The notes beneath the pieces were generated by a model. It was not told the origin of the DNA. It saw only the letters and a list, made by a program, of their open reading frames with translations, and did no database searches. From Eledone cirrhosa (taxonomy: Eukaryota), in assembly GCA_964016885.1 (NCBI GenBank), contig OZ024750.1, forward strand, positions 38,564,001-38,628,000: a stretch of DNA of 64,000 nucleotides, in the 5' to 3' direction. This document shows positions 15,001-30,000 of the stretch, piece after piece; the first letter of the stretch is position 1; each line of letters opens with the position of its first letter. Both the position numbers and the translations under genes were made by a program.

Positions 15001-18000
15001 TAATATAGTCTCTGGTGTACATCCTACATTTAATACAGTCTCTGGTGTACATCCTACATTTAATACAGTCTCTGGTGTACATCCTACATTTAATACAGTC
15101 TCTTGTGTACATCCTACATTTAATACAGTCTCTGGTGTACATCCTACATTTAATACAGTCTCTTGTGTACATCCTACATTTAATACAGTCTCTTGTGTAC
15201 ATCCTACATTTAATACAGTCTCTGGTGTACATCCTACATTTAATACAAAGTCTCTTGTGTACATCCTACATTTAATATAGTCTCTGGTGTACATCCTACA
15301 TTTAATACAGTCTCTGGTGTACATCCTACATTTAATACAGTCTCTTGTGTACATCCTACATTTAATACAGTCTCTTGTGTACATCCTACATTTAATACAG
15401 TCTCTTGTGTACATCCTACATTTAATACAGTCTCTTGTGTACATCCTACATTTAATACAGTCTCTTGTGTACATCCTACATTTAATACAGTCTCTGGTGT
15501 ACATCCTACATTTAATACAGTCTCTTGTGTACATCCTACATTTAATACAGTCTCTTGTGTACATCCTACATTTAATACAGTCTCTTGTGTACATCCTACA
15601 TTTAATATAGTCTCTTGTGTACATCCTACATTTAATACAGTCTCTTGTGTACATCCTACATTTAATACAGTCTCTTGCGTACATCCTACATTTAAGACAG
15701 TCTCTTGTGTACATCCTACATTTAATAAAGTCTCTTGTGTACATCCTACATTTAATACAGTCTCTGGTGTACATCCTACATTTAATATAGTCTCTTGTGT
15801 ACATCCTACATTTAATACAGTCTCTTGTGTACATCCTACATTTAATATAGTCTCTTGTGTACATCCTACATTTAATACAGTCTCTTGTGTACATCCTACA
15901 TTTAATACAGTCTCTTGTGTACATCCTACAATTAATATAGTCTCTTGTGTACATCCTACATTTAATACAGTCTCTTGTGTACATCCTACATTTAATACAG
16001 TCTCTTGTGTACATCCTACATTTAATACAGAGTCTCTTGTGTACATCCTACATTTAATACAGAGTCTCTTGTGTACATCCTACATTTAATACAGAGTCTC
16101 TTGTGTACATCCTACATTTAATACAGAGTCTCTTGTGTACATCCTACATTTAATACAGAGTCTCTTGTGTACATCCTACATTTAATACAGAGTCTCTTGT
16201 GTACATCCTACATTTAATACAGAGTCTTTTGTGTACATCCTACATTTAATACAGAATCTCTTGTGTACATCCTACATTTAATACAGAGTCTTTTGTGTAC
16301 ATCCTACATTTAATACAGTCTCTTGTGTACATCCTACATTTAATACAGAGTCTCTTGTGTACATCCTACATTTAATACAGACTCTATTGTGTACATCCTA
16401 CATTTAATGCAGAGTCTCTTGTGTACATCCTACATTTAATACAGTCTCTTGCGTACATCCTACATTTAAGACAGTCTCTTGTGTACATCCTACATTTAAT
16501 ACAGTCTCTTGTGTACATCCTACATTTAATACAGTCTCTGGTGTACATCCTACATTTAATACAGAGTCTCTTGTGTACATCCTACATTTAATATAGTCTC
16601 TGGTGTACATCCTACATTTAATACAGTCTCTTGTGTTCATCCTACATTTAATACAGAGTCTCTTGTGTACATCCTACATTTAATACAGAGTCTCTTGTGT
16701 ACATCCTACATTTAATACAGAGTCTTTTGTGTACATCCTACATTTAATACAGAGTCTCTTGTGTACATCCTACATTTAATACAGAGTCTCTTGTTTACAT
16801 CCTACATTTAATACAGAGTCTTTTGTGTACATCCTACATTTAATACAGACTCTCTTGTGTACATCCTACATTTAATACAGAGTCTCTTGTGTACATCCTA
16901 CATTTAATACAGTCTCTGGTGTACATCCTACATTTAATATAGTCTCTGGTGTACATCCTACATTTAATACAGTCTCTGGTGTACATCCTACATTTAATAC
17001 AGTCTCTGGTGTACATCCTACATTTAATACAGTCTCTTGTGTACATCCTACATTTAATACAGTCTCTGGTGTACATCCTACATTTAATACAGAGTCTCTT
17101 GTGTACATCCTACATTTAATACAGTCTCTTGTGTACATCCTACATTTAATACAGTCTCTGGTGTACATCCTACATTTAATACAAAGTCTCTTGTGTACAT
17201 CCTACATTTAATATAGTCTCTGGTGTACATCCTACATTTAATACAGTCTCTGGTGTACATCCTACATTTAATAGTCTCTTGTGTACATCCTACATTTAAT
17301 ACAGTCTCTTGTGTACATCCTACATTTAATACAGTCTCTTGTGTACATCCTACATTTAATACAGTCTCTTGTGTACATCCTACATTTAATACAGTCTCTT
17401 GTGTACATCCTACATTTAATACAGTCTCTGGTGTACATCCTACATTTAATACAGTCTCTTGTGTACATCCTACATTTAATACAGTCTCTTGTGTACATCC
17501 TACATTTAATACAGTCTCTGGTGTACATCCTACATTTAATATAGTCTCTTGTGTACATCCTACATTTAATACAGTCTCCTGTGTACATCCTACATTTAAT
17601 ATAGTCTCTTGTGTACATCCTACATTTAATACAGTCTCTTGTGTACATCCTACATTTAATACAGTCTCTTGTGTACATCCTACAATTAATATAGTCTCTT
17701 GTGTACATCCTACATTTAATACAGTCTCTTGTGTACATCCTACATTTAATACAGTCTCTTGTGTACATCCTACATTTAATATAGTCTCTGGTGTACATCC
17801 TACATTTAATACAGTCTCTTGTGTACATCCTACATATAATACAGTCTCTTGTGTACATCCTACATTTAATATAGTCTCTTGTGTACATCCTACATTTAAT
17901 ACAGTCTCTTGTGTACATCCTACATTTAATACAGTCTCTTGTGTACATCCTACATTTAATATAGTCTCTTGTGTACATCCTACATTTAATACAGTCTCTT

Positions 18001-21000
18001 GTGTACATCCTACATTTAATACAGTCTCTTGTGTACATCCTACATTTAATATAGTCTCTGGTGTACATCCTACATTTAATACAGAGTCTCTTGTTTACAT
18101 CCTACATTTAATACAGTCTCTGGTTTACATCCTACATTTAATACAGAGTCTCTTGTGTACATCCTACATTTAATATAGTCTCTGGTGTACATCCTACATT
18201 TAATACAGTCTCTTGTGTTCATCCTACATTTAATACAGTCTCTTGTGTTCATCCTACATTTAATACAGAGTCTCTTGTGTACATCCTACATTTAATACAG
18301 AGTCTCTTGTGTACATCCTACATTTAATACAGAGTCTCTTGTGTACATCCTACATTTAATGCAGTCTCTTGTGTACATCTTACATTTAATACAGTCTCTT
18401 GTGTACATCCTACATTTAATACAGAGTCTCTTGTGTACATCCTACATTTAATACAGAGTCTCTTGTGTACATCCTACATTTAATACAGAGTCTCTTGTGT
18501 ACATCCTACATTTAATACAGAGTCTCTTGTGTACATCCTACATTTAATACAGAGTCTCTTGTGTACATCCTACATTTAATACAGAGTCTCTTGTGTACAT
18601 CCCACATTTAATACAGAGTCTCTTGTGTACATCCTACATTTAATACAGAGTCTCTTGTGTACATCCTACATTTAATACAGAGTCTTTTGTGTACATCCTA
18701 CATTTAATACAGAGTCTCTTGTGTACATCCTACATTTAATACAGAGTCTCTTGTTTACATCCTACATTTAATACAGAGTCTTTTGTGTACATCCTACATT
18801 TAATACAGACTCTCTTGTGTACATCCTACATTTAATACAGAGTCTCTTGTGTACATCCTACATTTAATACAGTCTCTGGTGTACATCCTACATTTAATAT
18901 AGTCTCTGGTGTACATCCTACATTTAATACAGTCTCTGGTGTACATCCTACATTTAATACAGTCTCTGGTGTACATCCTACATTTAATACAGTCTCTTGT
19001 GTACATCCTACATTTAATACAGTCTCTGGTGTACATCCTACATTTAATACAGTCTCTTGTGTACATCCTACATTTAATACAGTCTCTTGTGTACATCCTA
19101 CATTTAATACAGTCTCTGGTGTACATCCTACATTTAATACAAAGTCTCTTGTGTACATCCTACATTTAATATAGTCTCTGGTGTACATCCTACATTTAAT
19201 ACAGTCTCTGGTGTACATCCTACATTTAATACAGTCTCTTGTGTACATCCTACATTTAATACAGTCTCTTGTGTACATCCTACATTTAATACAGTCTCTT
19301 GTGTACATCCTACATTTAATACAGTCTCTTGTGTACATCCTACATTTAATACAGTCTCTGGTGTACATCCTACATTTAATACAGTCTCTTGTGTACATCC
19401 TACATTTAATACAGTCTCTTGTGTACATCCTACATTTAATACAGTCTCTTGTGTACATCCTACATTTAATATAGTCTCTTGTGTACATCCTACATTTAAT
19501 ACAGTCTCTTGTGTACATCCTACATTTAATACAGTCTCTTGCGTACATCCTACATTTAAGACAGTCTCTTGTGTACATCCTACATTTAATAAAGTCTCTT
19601 GTGTACATCCTACATTTAATACAGTCTCTGGTGTACATCCTACATTTAATATAGTCTCTTGTGTACATCCTACATTTAATACAGTCTCTTGTGTACATCC
19701 TACATTTAATATAGTCTCTTGTGTACATCCTACATTTAATACAGTCTCTTGTGTACATCCTACATTTAATACAGTCTCTTGTGTACATCCTACAATTAAT
19801 ATAGTCTCTTGTGTACATCCTACATTTAATACAGTCTCTTGTGTACATCCTACATTTAATACAGTCTCTTGTGTACATCCTACATTTAATATAGTCTCTG
19901 GTGTACATCCTACATTTAATACAGTCTCTTGTGTACATCCTACATTTAATACAGTCTCTTGTGTACATCCTACATTTAATATAGTCTCTTGTGTACATCC
20001 TACATTTAATACAGTCTCTTGTGTTCATCCTACATTTAATACAGAGTCTCTTGTGTTCATCCTACATTTAATAAAGAGTCTCTTGTGTACATCCTACATT
20101 TAATACAGAGTCTCTTGTGTACATCCTACATTTAATACAGAGTCTCTTGTGTACATCCTACATTTAATACAGTCTCTTGTGTACATCCTACATTTAATAC
20201 AGTCTCTTGTGTACATCCTACATTTAATACAGAGTCTCTTGTGTACATCCTACATTTAATACAGAGTCTCTTGTGTACATCCTACATTTAATACAGAGTC
20301 TCTTGTGTACATCCTACATTTAATACAGAGTCTCTTGTGTACATCCTACATTTAATACAGAGTCTCTTGTGTACATCCTACATTTAATACAGAGTCTCTT
20401 GTGTACATCCTACATTTAATACAGAGTCTTTTGTGTACATCCTACATTTAATACAGAATCTCTTGTGTACATCCTACATTTAATACAGAGTCTTTTGTGT
20501 ACATCCTACATTTAATACAGTCTCTTGTGTACATCCTACATTTAATACAGAGTCTCTTGTGTACATCCTACATTTAATACAGACTCTATTGTGTACATCC
20601 TACATTTAATGCAGAGTCTCTTGTGTACATCCTACATTTAATACAGTCTCTTGCGTACATCCTACATTTAAGACAGTCTCTTGTGTACATCCTACATTTA
20701 ATACAGTCTCTTGTGTACATCCTACATTTAATACAGTCTCTGGTGTACATCCTACATTTAATATAGTCTCTTGTGTACATCCTACATTTAATACAGTCTC
20801 TTGTGTACATCCTACATTTAATATAGTCTCTTGTGTACATCCTACATTTAATACAGTCTCTTGTGTACATCCTACATTTAATACAGAGTCTCTTGTGTAC
20901 ATCCTACATTTAATACAGAGTCTCTTGTGTACATCCTACATTTAATACAGAGTCTCTTGTGTACATCCTACATTTAATACAGAGTCTCTTGTGTACATCC

Positions 21001-24000
21001 TACATTTAATACAGAGTCTCTTGTGTACATCCTACATTTAATACAGAGTCTCTTGTGTACATCCCACATTTAATACAGAGTCTCTTGTGTACATCCTACA
21101 TTTAATACAGAGTCTCTTGTGTACATCCTACATTTAATACAGAGTCTTTTGTGTACATCCTACATTTAATACAGAGTCTCTTGTGTACATCCTACATTTA
21201 ATACAGAGTCTCTAGTTTACATCCTACATTTAATACAGAGTCTTTTGTGTACATCCTACATTTAATACAGACTCTCTTGTGTACATCCTGCATTTAATAC
21301 AGAGTCTCTTGTGTACATCCTACATTTAATACAGTCTCTGGTGTACATCCTACATTTAATATAGTCTCTGGTGTACATCCTACATTTAATACAGTCTCTG
21401 GTGTACATCCTACATTTAATACAGTCTCTGGTGTACATCCTACATTTAATACAGTCTCTTGTGTACATCCTACATTTAATACAGTCTCTGGTGTACATCC
21501 TACATTTAATACAGTCTCTTGTGTACATCCTACATTTAATACAGTCTCTTGTGTACATCCTACATTTAATACAGTCTCTGGTGTACATCCTACATTTAAT
21601 ACAAAGTCTCTTGTGTACATCCTACATTTAATATAGTCTCTGGTGTACATCCTACATTTAATACAGTCTCTGGTGTACATCCTACATTTAATACAGTCTC
21701 TTGTGTACATCCTACATTTAATACAGTCTCTTGTGTACATCCTACATTTAATACAGTCTCTTGTGTACATCCTACATTTAATACAGTCTCTTGTGTACAT
21801 CCTACATTTAATACAGTCTCTTGTGTACATCCTACATTTAATACAGTCTCTGGTGTACATCCTACATTTAATACAGTCTCTTGTGTACATCCTACATTTA
21901 ATACAGTCTCTTGTGTACATCCTACATTTAATACAGTCTCTTGTGTACATCCTACATTTAATATAGTCTCTTGTGTACATCCTACATTTAATACAGTCTC
22001 TTGTGTACATCCTACATTTAATACAGTCTCTTGCGTACATCCTACATTTAAGACAGTCTCTTGTGTACATCCTACATTTAATAAAGTCTCTTGTGTACAT
22101 CCTACATTTAATACAGTCTCTGGTGTACATCCTACATTTAATATAGTCTCTTGTGTACATCCTACATTTAATACAGTCTCTTGTGTACATCCTACATTTA
22201 ATATAGTCTCTTGTGTACATCCTACATTTAATACAGTCTCTTGTGTACATCCTACATTTAATACAGTCTCTTGTGTACATCCTACAATTAATATAGTCTC
22301 TTGTGTACATCCTACATTTAATACAGTCTCTTGTGTACATCCTACATTTAATACAGTCTCTTGTGTACATCCTACATTTAATACAGAGTCTCTTGTGTAC
22401 ATCCTACATTTAATACAGAGTCTCTTGTGTACATCCTACATTTAATACAGAGTCTCTTGTGTACATCCTACATTTAATACAGAGTCTCTTGTGTACATCC
22501 TACATTTAATACAGAGTCTCTTGTGTACATCCTACATTTAATACAGAGTCTCTTGTGTACATCCTACATTTAATACAGAGTCTTTTGTGTACATCCTACA
22601 TTTAATACAGAATCTCTTGTGTACATCCTACATTTAATACAGAGTCTTTTGTGTACATCCTACATTTAATACAGTCTCTTGTGTACATCCTACATTTAAT
22701 ACAGAGTCTCTTGTGTACATCCTACATTTAATACAGACTCTATTGTGTACATCCTACATTTAATGCAGAGTCTCTTGTGTACATCCTACATTTAATACAG
22801 TCTCTTGCGTACATCCTACATTTAAGACAGTCTCTTGTGTACATCCTACATTTAATACAGTCTCTTGTGTACATCCTACATTTAATACAGTCTCTGGTGT
22901 ACATCCTACATTTAATATAGTCTCTTGTGTACATCCTACATTTAATACAGTCTCTTGTGTACATCCTACATTTAATATAGTCTCTTGTGTACATCCTACA
23001 TTTAATACAGTCTCTTGTGTACATCCTACATTTAATACAGTCTCTTGTGTACATCCTACAATTAATATAGTCTCTTGTGTTCATCCTACATTTAATACAG
23101 TCTCTTGTGTACATCCTACATTTAATACAGTCTCTTGTGTACATCCTACATTTAATATAGTCTCTGGTGTACATCCTACATTTAATACAGTCTCTTGTGT
23201 ACATCCTACATTTAATACAGTCTCTTGTGTACATCCTACATTTAATATAGTCTCTTGTGTACATCCTACATTTAATACAGTCTCTTGTGTTCATCCTACA
23301 TTTAATACAGAGTCTCTTGTGTTCATCCTACATTTAATACAGAGTCTCTTGTGTACATCCTACATTTAATACAGAGTCTCTTGTGTACATCCTACATTTA
23401 ATACAGAGTCTCTTGTGTACATCCTACATTTAATACAGTCTCTTGTGTACATCCTACATTTAATACAGTCTCTTGTGTACATCCTACATTTAATACAGAG
23501 TCTCTTGTGTACATCCTACATTTAATACAGAGTCTCTTGTGTACATCCTACATTTAATACAGAGTCTCTTGTGTACATCCTACATTTAATACAGATTCTC
23601 TTGTGTACATCCTACATTTAATACAGTCTCTTGTGTACATCCTACATTTAATACAGTCTCTTGTGTACATCCTACATTTAATACAGTCTCTTGTGTACAT
23701 CCTACATTTAATACAGTCTCTTGTGTACATCCTACATTTAATACAGTCTCTGGTGTACATCCTACATTTAATACAGTCTCTTGTGTACATCCTACATTTA
23801 ATACAGTCTCTTGTGTACATCCTACATTTAATACAGTCTCTGGTGTACATCCTACATTTAATATAGTCTCTTGTGTACATCCTACATTTAATACAGTCTC
23901 CTGTGTACATCCTACATTTAATATAGTCTCTTGTGTACATCCTACATTTAATACAGTCTCTTGTGTACATCCTACATTTAATACAGTCTCTTGTGTACAT

Positions 24001-27000
24001 CCTACAATTAATATAGTCTCTTGTGTACATCCTACATTTAATACAGTCTCTTGTGTACATCCTACATTTAATACAGTCTCTTGTGTACATCCTATATTTA
24101 ATATAGTCTCTGGTGTACATCCTACATTTAATACAGTCTCTTGTGTACATCCTACATATAATACAGTCTCTTGTGTACATCCTACATTTAATATAGTCTC
24201 TTGTGTACATCCTACATTTAATACAGTCTCTTGTGTACATCCTACATTTAATACAGTCTCTTGTGTACATCCTACATTTAATATAGTCTCTTGTGTACAT
24301 CCTACATTTAATACAGTCTCTTGTGTACATCCTACATTTAATATAGTCTCTGGTGTACATCCTACATTTAATACAGAGTCTCTTGTTTACATCCTACATT
24401 TAATACAGTCTCTGGTTTACATCCTACATTTAATACAGAGTCTCTTGTGTACATCCTACATTTAATATAGTCTCTGGTGTACATCCTACATTTAATACAG
24501 TCTCTTGTGTTCATCCTACATTTAATACAGAGTCTCTTGTGTTCATCCTACATTTAATACAGAGTCTCTTGTGTACATCCTACATTTAATACAGAGTCTC
24601 TTGTGTACATCCTACATTTAATACAGAGTCTCTTGTGTACATCCTACATTTAATGCAGTCTCTTGTGTACATCCTACATTTAATACAGAGTCTCTTGTGT
24701 ACATCCTACATTTAATACAGAGTCTCTTGTGTACATCCTACATTTAATACAGAGTCTCTTGTGTACATCCTACATTTAATACAGAGTCTCTTGTGTACAT
24801 CCTACATTTAATACAGAGTCTCTTGTGTACATCCTACATTTAATACAGAGTCTCTTGTGTACATCCCACATTTAATACAGAGTCTCTTGTGTACATCCTA
24901 CATTTAATACAGAGTCTCTTGTGTACATCCTACATTTAATACAGAGTCTTTTGTGTACATCCTACATTTAATACAGAGTCTCTTGTGTACATCCTACATT
25001 TAATACAGAGTCTCTTGTTTACATCCTACATTTAATACAGAGTCTTTTGTGTACATCCTACATTTAATACAGACTCTCTTGTGTACATCCTACATTTAAT
25101 ACAGAGTCTCTTGTGTACATCCTACATTTAATACAGTCTCTGGTGTACATCCTACATTTAATATAGTCTCTGGTGTACATCCTACATTTAATACAGTCTC
25201 TGGTGTACATCCTACATTTAATACAGTCTCTTGTGTACATCCTACATTTAATACAGTCTCTTGTGTACATCCTACATTTAATACAGTCTCTTGTGTACAT
25301 CCTACATTTAATACAGTCTCTTGTGTACATCCTACATTTAATACAGTCTCTTGTGTACATCCTACATTTAATACAGTCTCTGGTGTACATCCTACATTTA
25401 ATACAGTCTCTTGTGTACATCCTACATTTAATACAGTCTCTTGTGTACATCCTACATTTAATACAGTCTCTTGTGTACATCCTACATTTAATATAGTCTC
25501 TTGTGTACATCCTACATTTAATACAGTCTCTTGTGTACATCCTACATTTAATACAGTCTCTTGCGTACATCCTACATTTAAGACAGTCTCTTGTGTACAT
25601 CCTACATTTAATAAAGTCTCTTGTGTACATCCTACATTTAATACAGTCTCTGGTGTACATCCTACATTTAATATAGTCTCTTGTGTACATCCTACATTTA
25701 ATACAGTCTCTTGTGTACATCCTACATTTAATATAGTCTCTTGTGTACATCCTACATTTAATACAGTCTCTTGTGTACATCCTACATTTAATACAGTCTC
25801 TTGTGTACATCCTACAATTAATATAGTCTCTTGTGTACATCCTACATTTAATACAGTCTCTTGTGTACATCCTACATTTAATACAGTCTCTTGTGTACAT
25901 CCTACATTTAATATAGTCTCTGGTGTACATCCTACATTTAATACAGTCTCTTGTGTACATCCTACATTTAATACAGTCTCTTGTGTACATCCTACATTTA
26001 ATATAGTCTCTTGTGTACATCCTACATTTAATACAGTCTCTTGTGTTCATCCTACATTTAATACAGAGTCTCTTGTGTTCATCCTACATTTAATACAGAG
26101 TCTCTTGTGTACATCCTACATTTAATACAGAGTCTCTTGTGTACATCCTACATTTAATACAGAGTCTCTTGTGTACATCCTACATTTAATACAGTCTCTT
26201 GTGTACATCCTACATTTAATACAGTCTCTTGTGTACATCCTACATTTAATACAGAGTCTCTTGTGTACATCCTACATTTAATACAGAGTCTCTTGTGTAC
26301 ATCCTACATTTAATACAGAGTCTCTTGTGTACATCCTACATTTAATACAGAGTCTCTTGTGTACATCCTACATTTAATACAGAGTCTCTTGTGTACATCC
26401 TACATTTAATACAGAGTCTCTTGTGTACATCCTACATTTAATACAGAGTCTTTTGTGTACATCCTACATTTAATACAGAATCTCTTGTGTACATCCTACA
26501 TTTAATACAGAGTCTTTTGTGTACATCCTACATTTAATACAGTCTCTTGTGTACATCCTACATTTAATACAGAGTCTCTTGTGTACATCCTACATTTAAT
26601 ACAGACTCTATTGTGTACATCCTACATTTAATGCAGAGTCTCTTGTGTACATCCTACATTTAATACAGTCTCTTGCGTACATCCTACATTTAAGACAGTC
26701 TCTTGTGTACATCCTACATTTAATACAGTCTCTTGTGTACATCCTACATTTAATACAGTCTCTGGTGTACATCCTACATTTAATATAGTCTCTTGTGTAC
26801 ATCCTACATTTAATACAGTCTCTTGTGTACATCCTACATTTAATATAGTCTCTTGTGTACATCCTACATTTAATACAGTCTCTTGTGTACATCCTACATT
26901 TAATACAGTCTCTTGTGTACATCCTACAATTAATATAGTCTCTTGTGTTCATCCTACATTTAATACAGTCTCTTGTGTACATCCTACATTTAATACAGTC

Positions 27001-30000
27001 TCTTGTGTACATCCTACATTTAATATAGTCTCTGGTGTACATCCTACATTTAATACAGTCTCTTGTGTACATCCTACATTTAATACAGTCTTTTGTGTAC
27101 ATCCTACATTTAATATAGTCTCTTGTGTACATCCTACATTTAATACAGTCTCTTGTGTTCATCCTACATTTAATACAGAGTCTCTTGTGTTCATCCTACA
27201 TTTAATACAGAGTCTCTTGTGTACATCCTACATTTAATACAGAGTCTCTTGTGTACATCCTACATTTAATACAGAGTCTCTTGTGTACATCCTACATTTA
27301 ATACAGTCTCTTGTGTACATCCTACATTTAATACAGTGTCTTGTGTACATCCTACATTTAATACAGAGTCTCTTGTGTACATCCTACATTTAATACAGAG
27401 TCTCTTGTGTACATCCTACATTTAATACAGAGTCTCTTGTGTACATCCTACATTTAATACAGATTCTCTTGTGTACATCCTACATTTAATACAGTCTCTT
27501 GTGTACATCCTACATTTAATACAGTCTCTTGTGTACATCCTACATTTAATACAGTCTCTTGTGTACATCCTACATTTAATACAGTCTCTTGTGTACATCC
27601 TACATTTAATACAGTCTCTTGTGTACATCCTACAATTAATATAGTCTCTTGTGTACATCCTACATTTAATACAGTCTCTTGTGTACATCCTACATTTAAT
27701 ACAGTCTCTTGTGTACATCCTACATTTAATATAGTCTCTGGTGTACATCCTACATTTAATACAGTCTCTTGTGTACATCCTACATATAATACAGTCTCTT
27801 GTGTACATCCTACATTTAATATAGTCTCTTGTGTACATCCTACATTTAATACAGTCTCTTGTGTACATCCTACATTTAATACAGTCTCTTGTGTACATCC
27901 TACATTTAATATAGTCTCTTGTGTACATCCTACATTTAATACAGTCTCTTGTGTACATCCTACATTTAATACAGTCTCTTGTGTACATCCTACATTTAAT
28001 ATAGTCTCTGGTGTACATCCTACATTTAATACAGAGTCTCTTGTTTACATCCTACATTTAATACAGTCTCTGGTTTACATCCTACATTTAATACAGAGTC
28101 TCTTGTGTACATCCTACATTTAATATAGTCTCTGGTGTACATCCTACATTTAATACAGTCTCTTGTGTTCATCCTACATTTAATACAGAGTCTCTTGTGT
28201 TCATCCTACATTTAATACAGAGTCTCTTGTGTACATCCTACATTTAATACAGAGTCTCTTGTGTACATCCTACATTTAATACAGAGTCTCTTGTGTACAT
28301 CCTACATTTAATGCAGTCTCTTGTGTACATCCTACATTTAATACAGTCTCTTGTGTACATCCTACATTTAATACAGAGTCTCTTGTGTACATCCTACATT
28401 TAATACAGAGTCTCTTGTGTACATCCTACATTTAATACAGAGTCTCTTGTGTACATCCTACATTTAATACAGAGTCTCTTGTGTACATCCTACATTTAAT
28501 ACAGAGTCTCTTGTGTACATCCTACATTTAATACAGAGTCTCTTGTGTACATCCCACATTTAATACAGAGTCTCTTGTGTACATCCTACATTTAATACAG
28601 AGTCTCTTGTGTACATCCTACATTTAATACAGAGTCTTTTGTGTACATCCTACATTTAATACAGAGTCTCTTGTGTACATCCTACATTTAATACAGAGTC
28701 TCTTGTTTACATCCTACATTTAATACAGAGTCTTTTGTGTACATCCTACATTTAATACAGACTCTCTTGTGTACATCCTACATTTAATACAGAGTCTCTT
28801 GTGTACATCCTACATTTAATACAGTCTCTGGTGTACATCCTACATTTAATATAGTCTCTGGTGTACATCCTACATTTAATACAGTCTCTGGTGTACATCC
28901 TACATTTAATACAGTCTCTGGTGTACATCCTACATTTAATACAGTCTCTTGTGTACATCCTACATTTAATACAGTCTCTGGTGTACATCCTACATTTAAT
29001 ACAGTCTCTTGTGTACATCCTACATTTAATACAGTCTCTTGTGTACATCCTACATTTAATACAGTCTCTGGTGTACATCCTACATTTAATACAAAGTCTC
29101 TTGTGTACATCCTACATTTAATATAGTCTCTGGTGTACATCCTACATTTAATACAGTCTCTGGTGTACATCCTACATTTAATACAGTCTCTTGTGTACAT
29201 CCTACATTTAATACAGTCTCTTGTGTACATCCTACATTTAATACAGTCTCTTGTGTACATCCTACATTTAATACAGTCTCTGGTGTACATCCTACATTTA
29301 ATACAGTCTCTTGTGTACATCCTACATTTAATACAGTCTCTTGTGTACATCCTACATTTAATACAGTCTCTTGTGTACATCCTACATTTAATATAGTCTC
29401 TTGTGTACATCCTACATTTAATACAGTCTCTTGTGTACATCCTACATTTAATACAGTCTCTTGCGTACATCCTACATTTAAGACAGTCTCTTGTGTACAT
29501 CCTACATTTAATAAAGTCTCTTGTGTACATCCTACATTTAATACAGTCTCTGGTGTACATCCTACATTTAATATAGTCTCTTGTGTACATCCTACATTTA
29601 ATACAGTCTCTTGTGTACATCCTACATTTAATATAGTCTCTTGTGTACATCCTACATTTAATACAGTCTCTTGTGTACATCCTACATTTAATACAGTCTC
29701 TTGTGTACATCCTACAATTAATATAGTCTCTTGTGTACATCCTACATTTAATACAGTCTCTTGTGTACATCCTACATTTAATACAGTCTCTTGTGTACAT
29801 CCTACATTTAATATAGTCTCTGGTGTACATCCTACATTTAATACAGTCTCTTGTGTACATCCTACATTTAATACAGTCTCTTGTGTACATCCTACATTTA
29901 ATATAGTCTCTTGTGTACATCCTACATTTAATACAGTCTCTTGTGTTCATCCTACATTTAATACAGAGTCTCTTGTGTTCATCCTACATTTAATACAGAG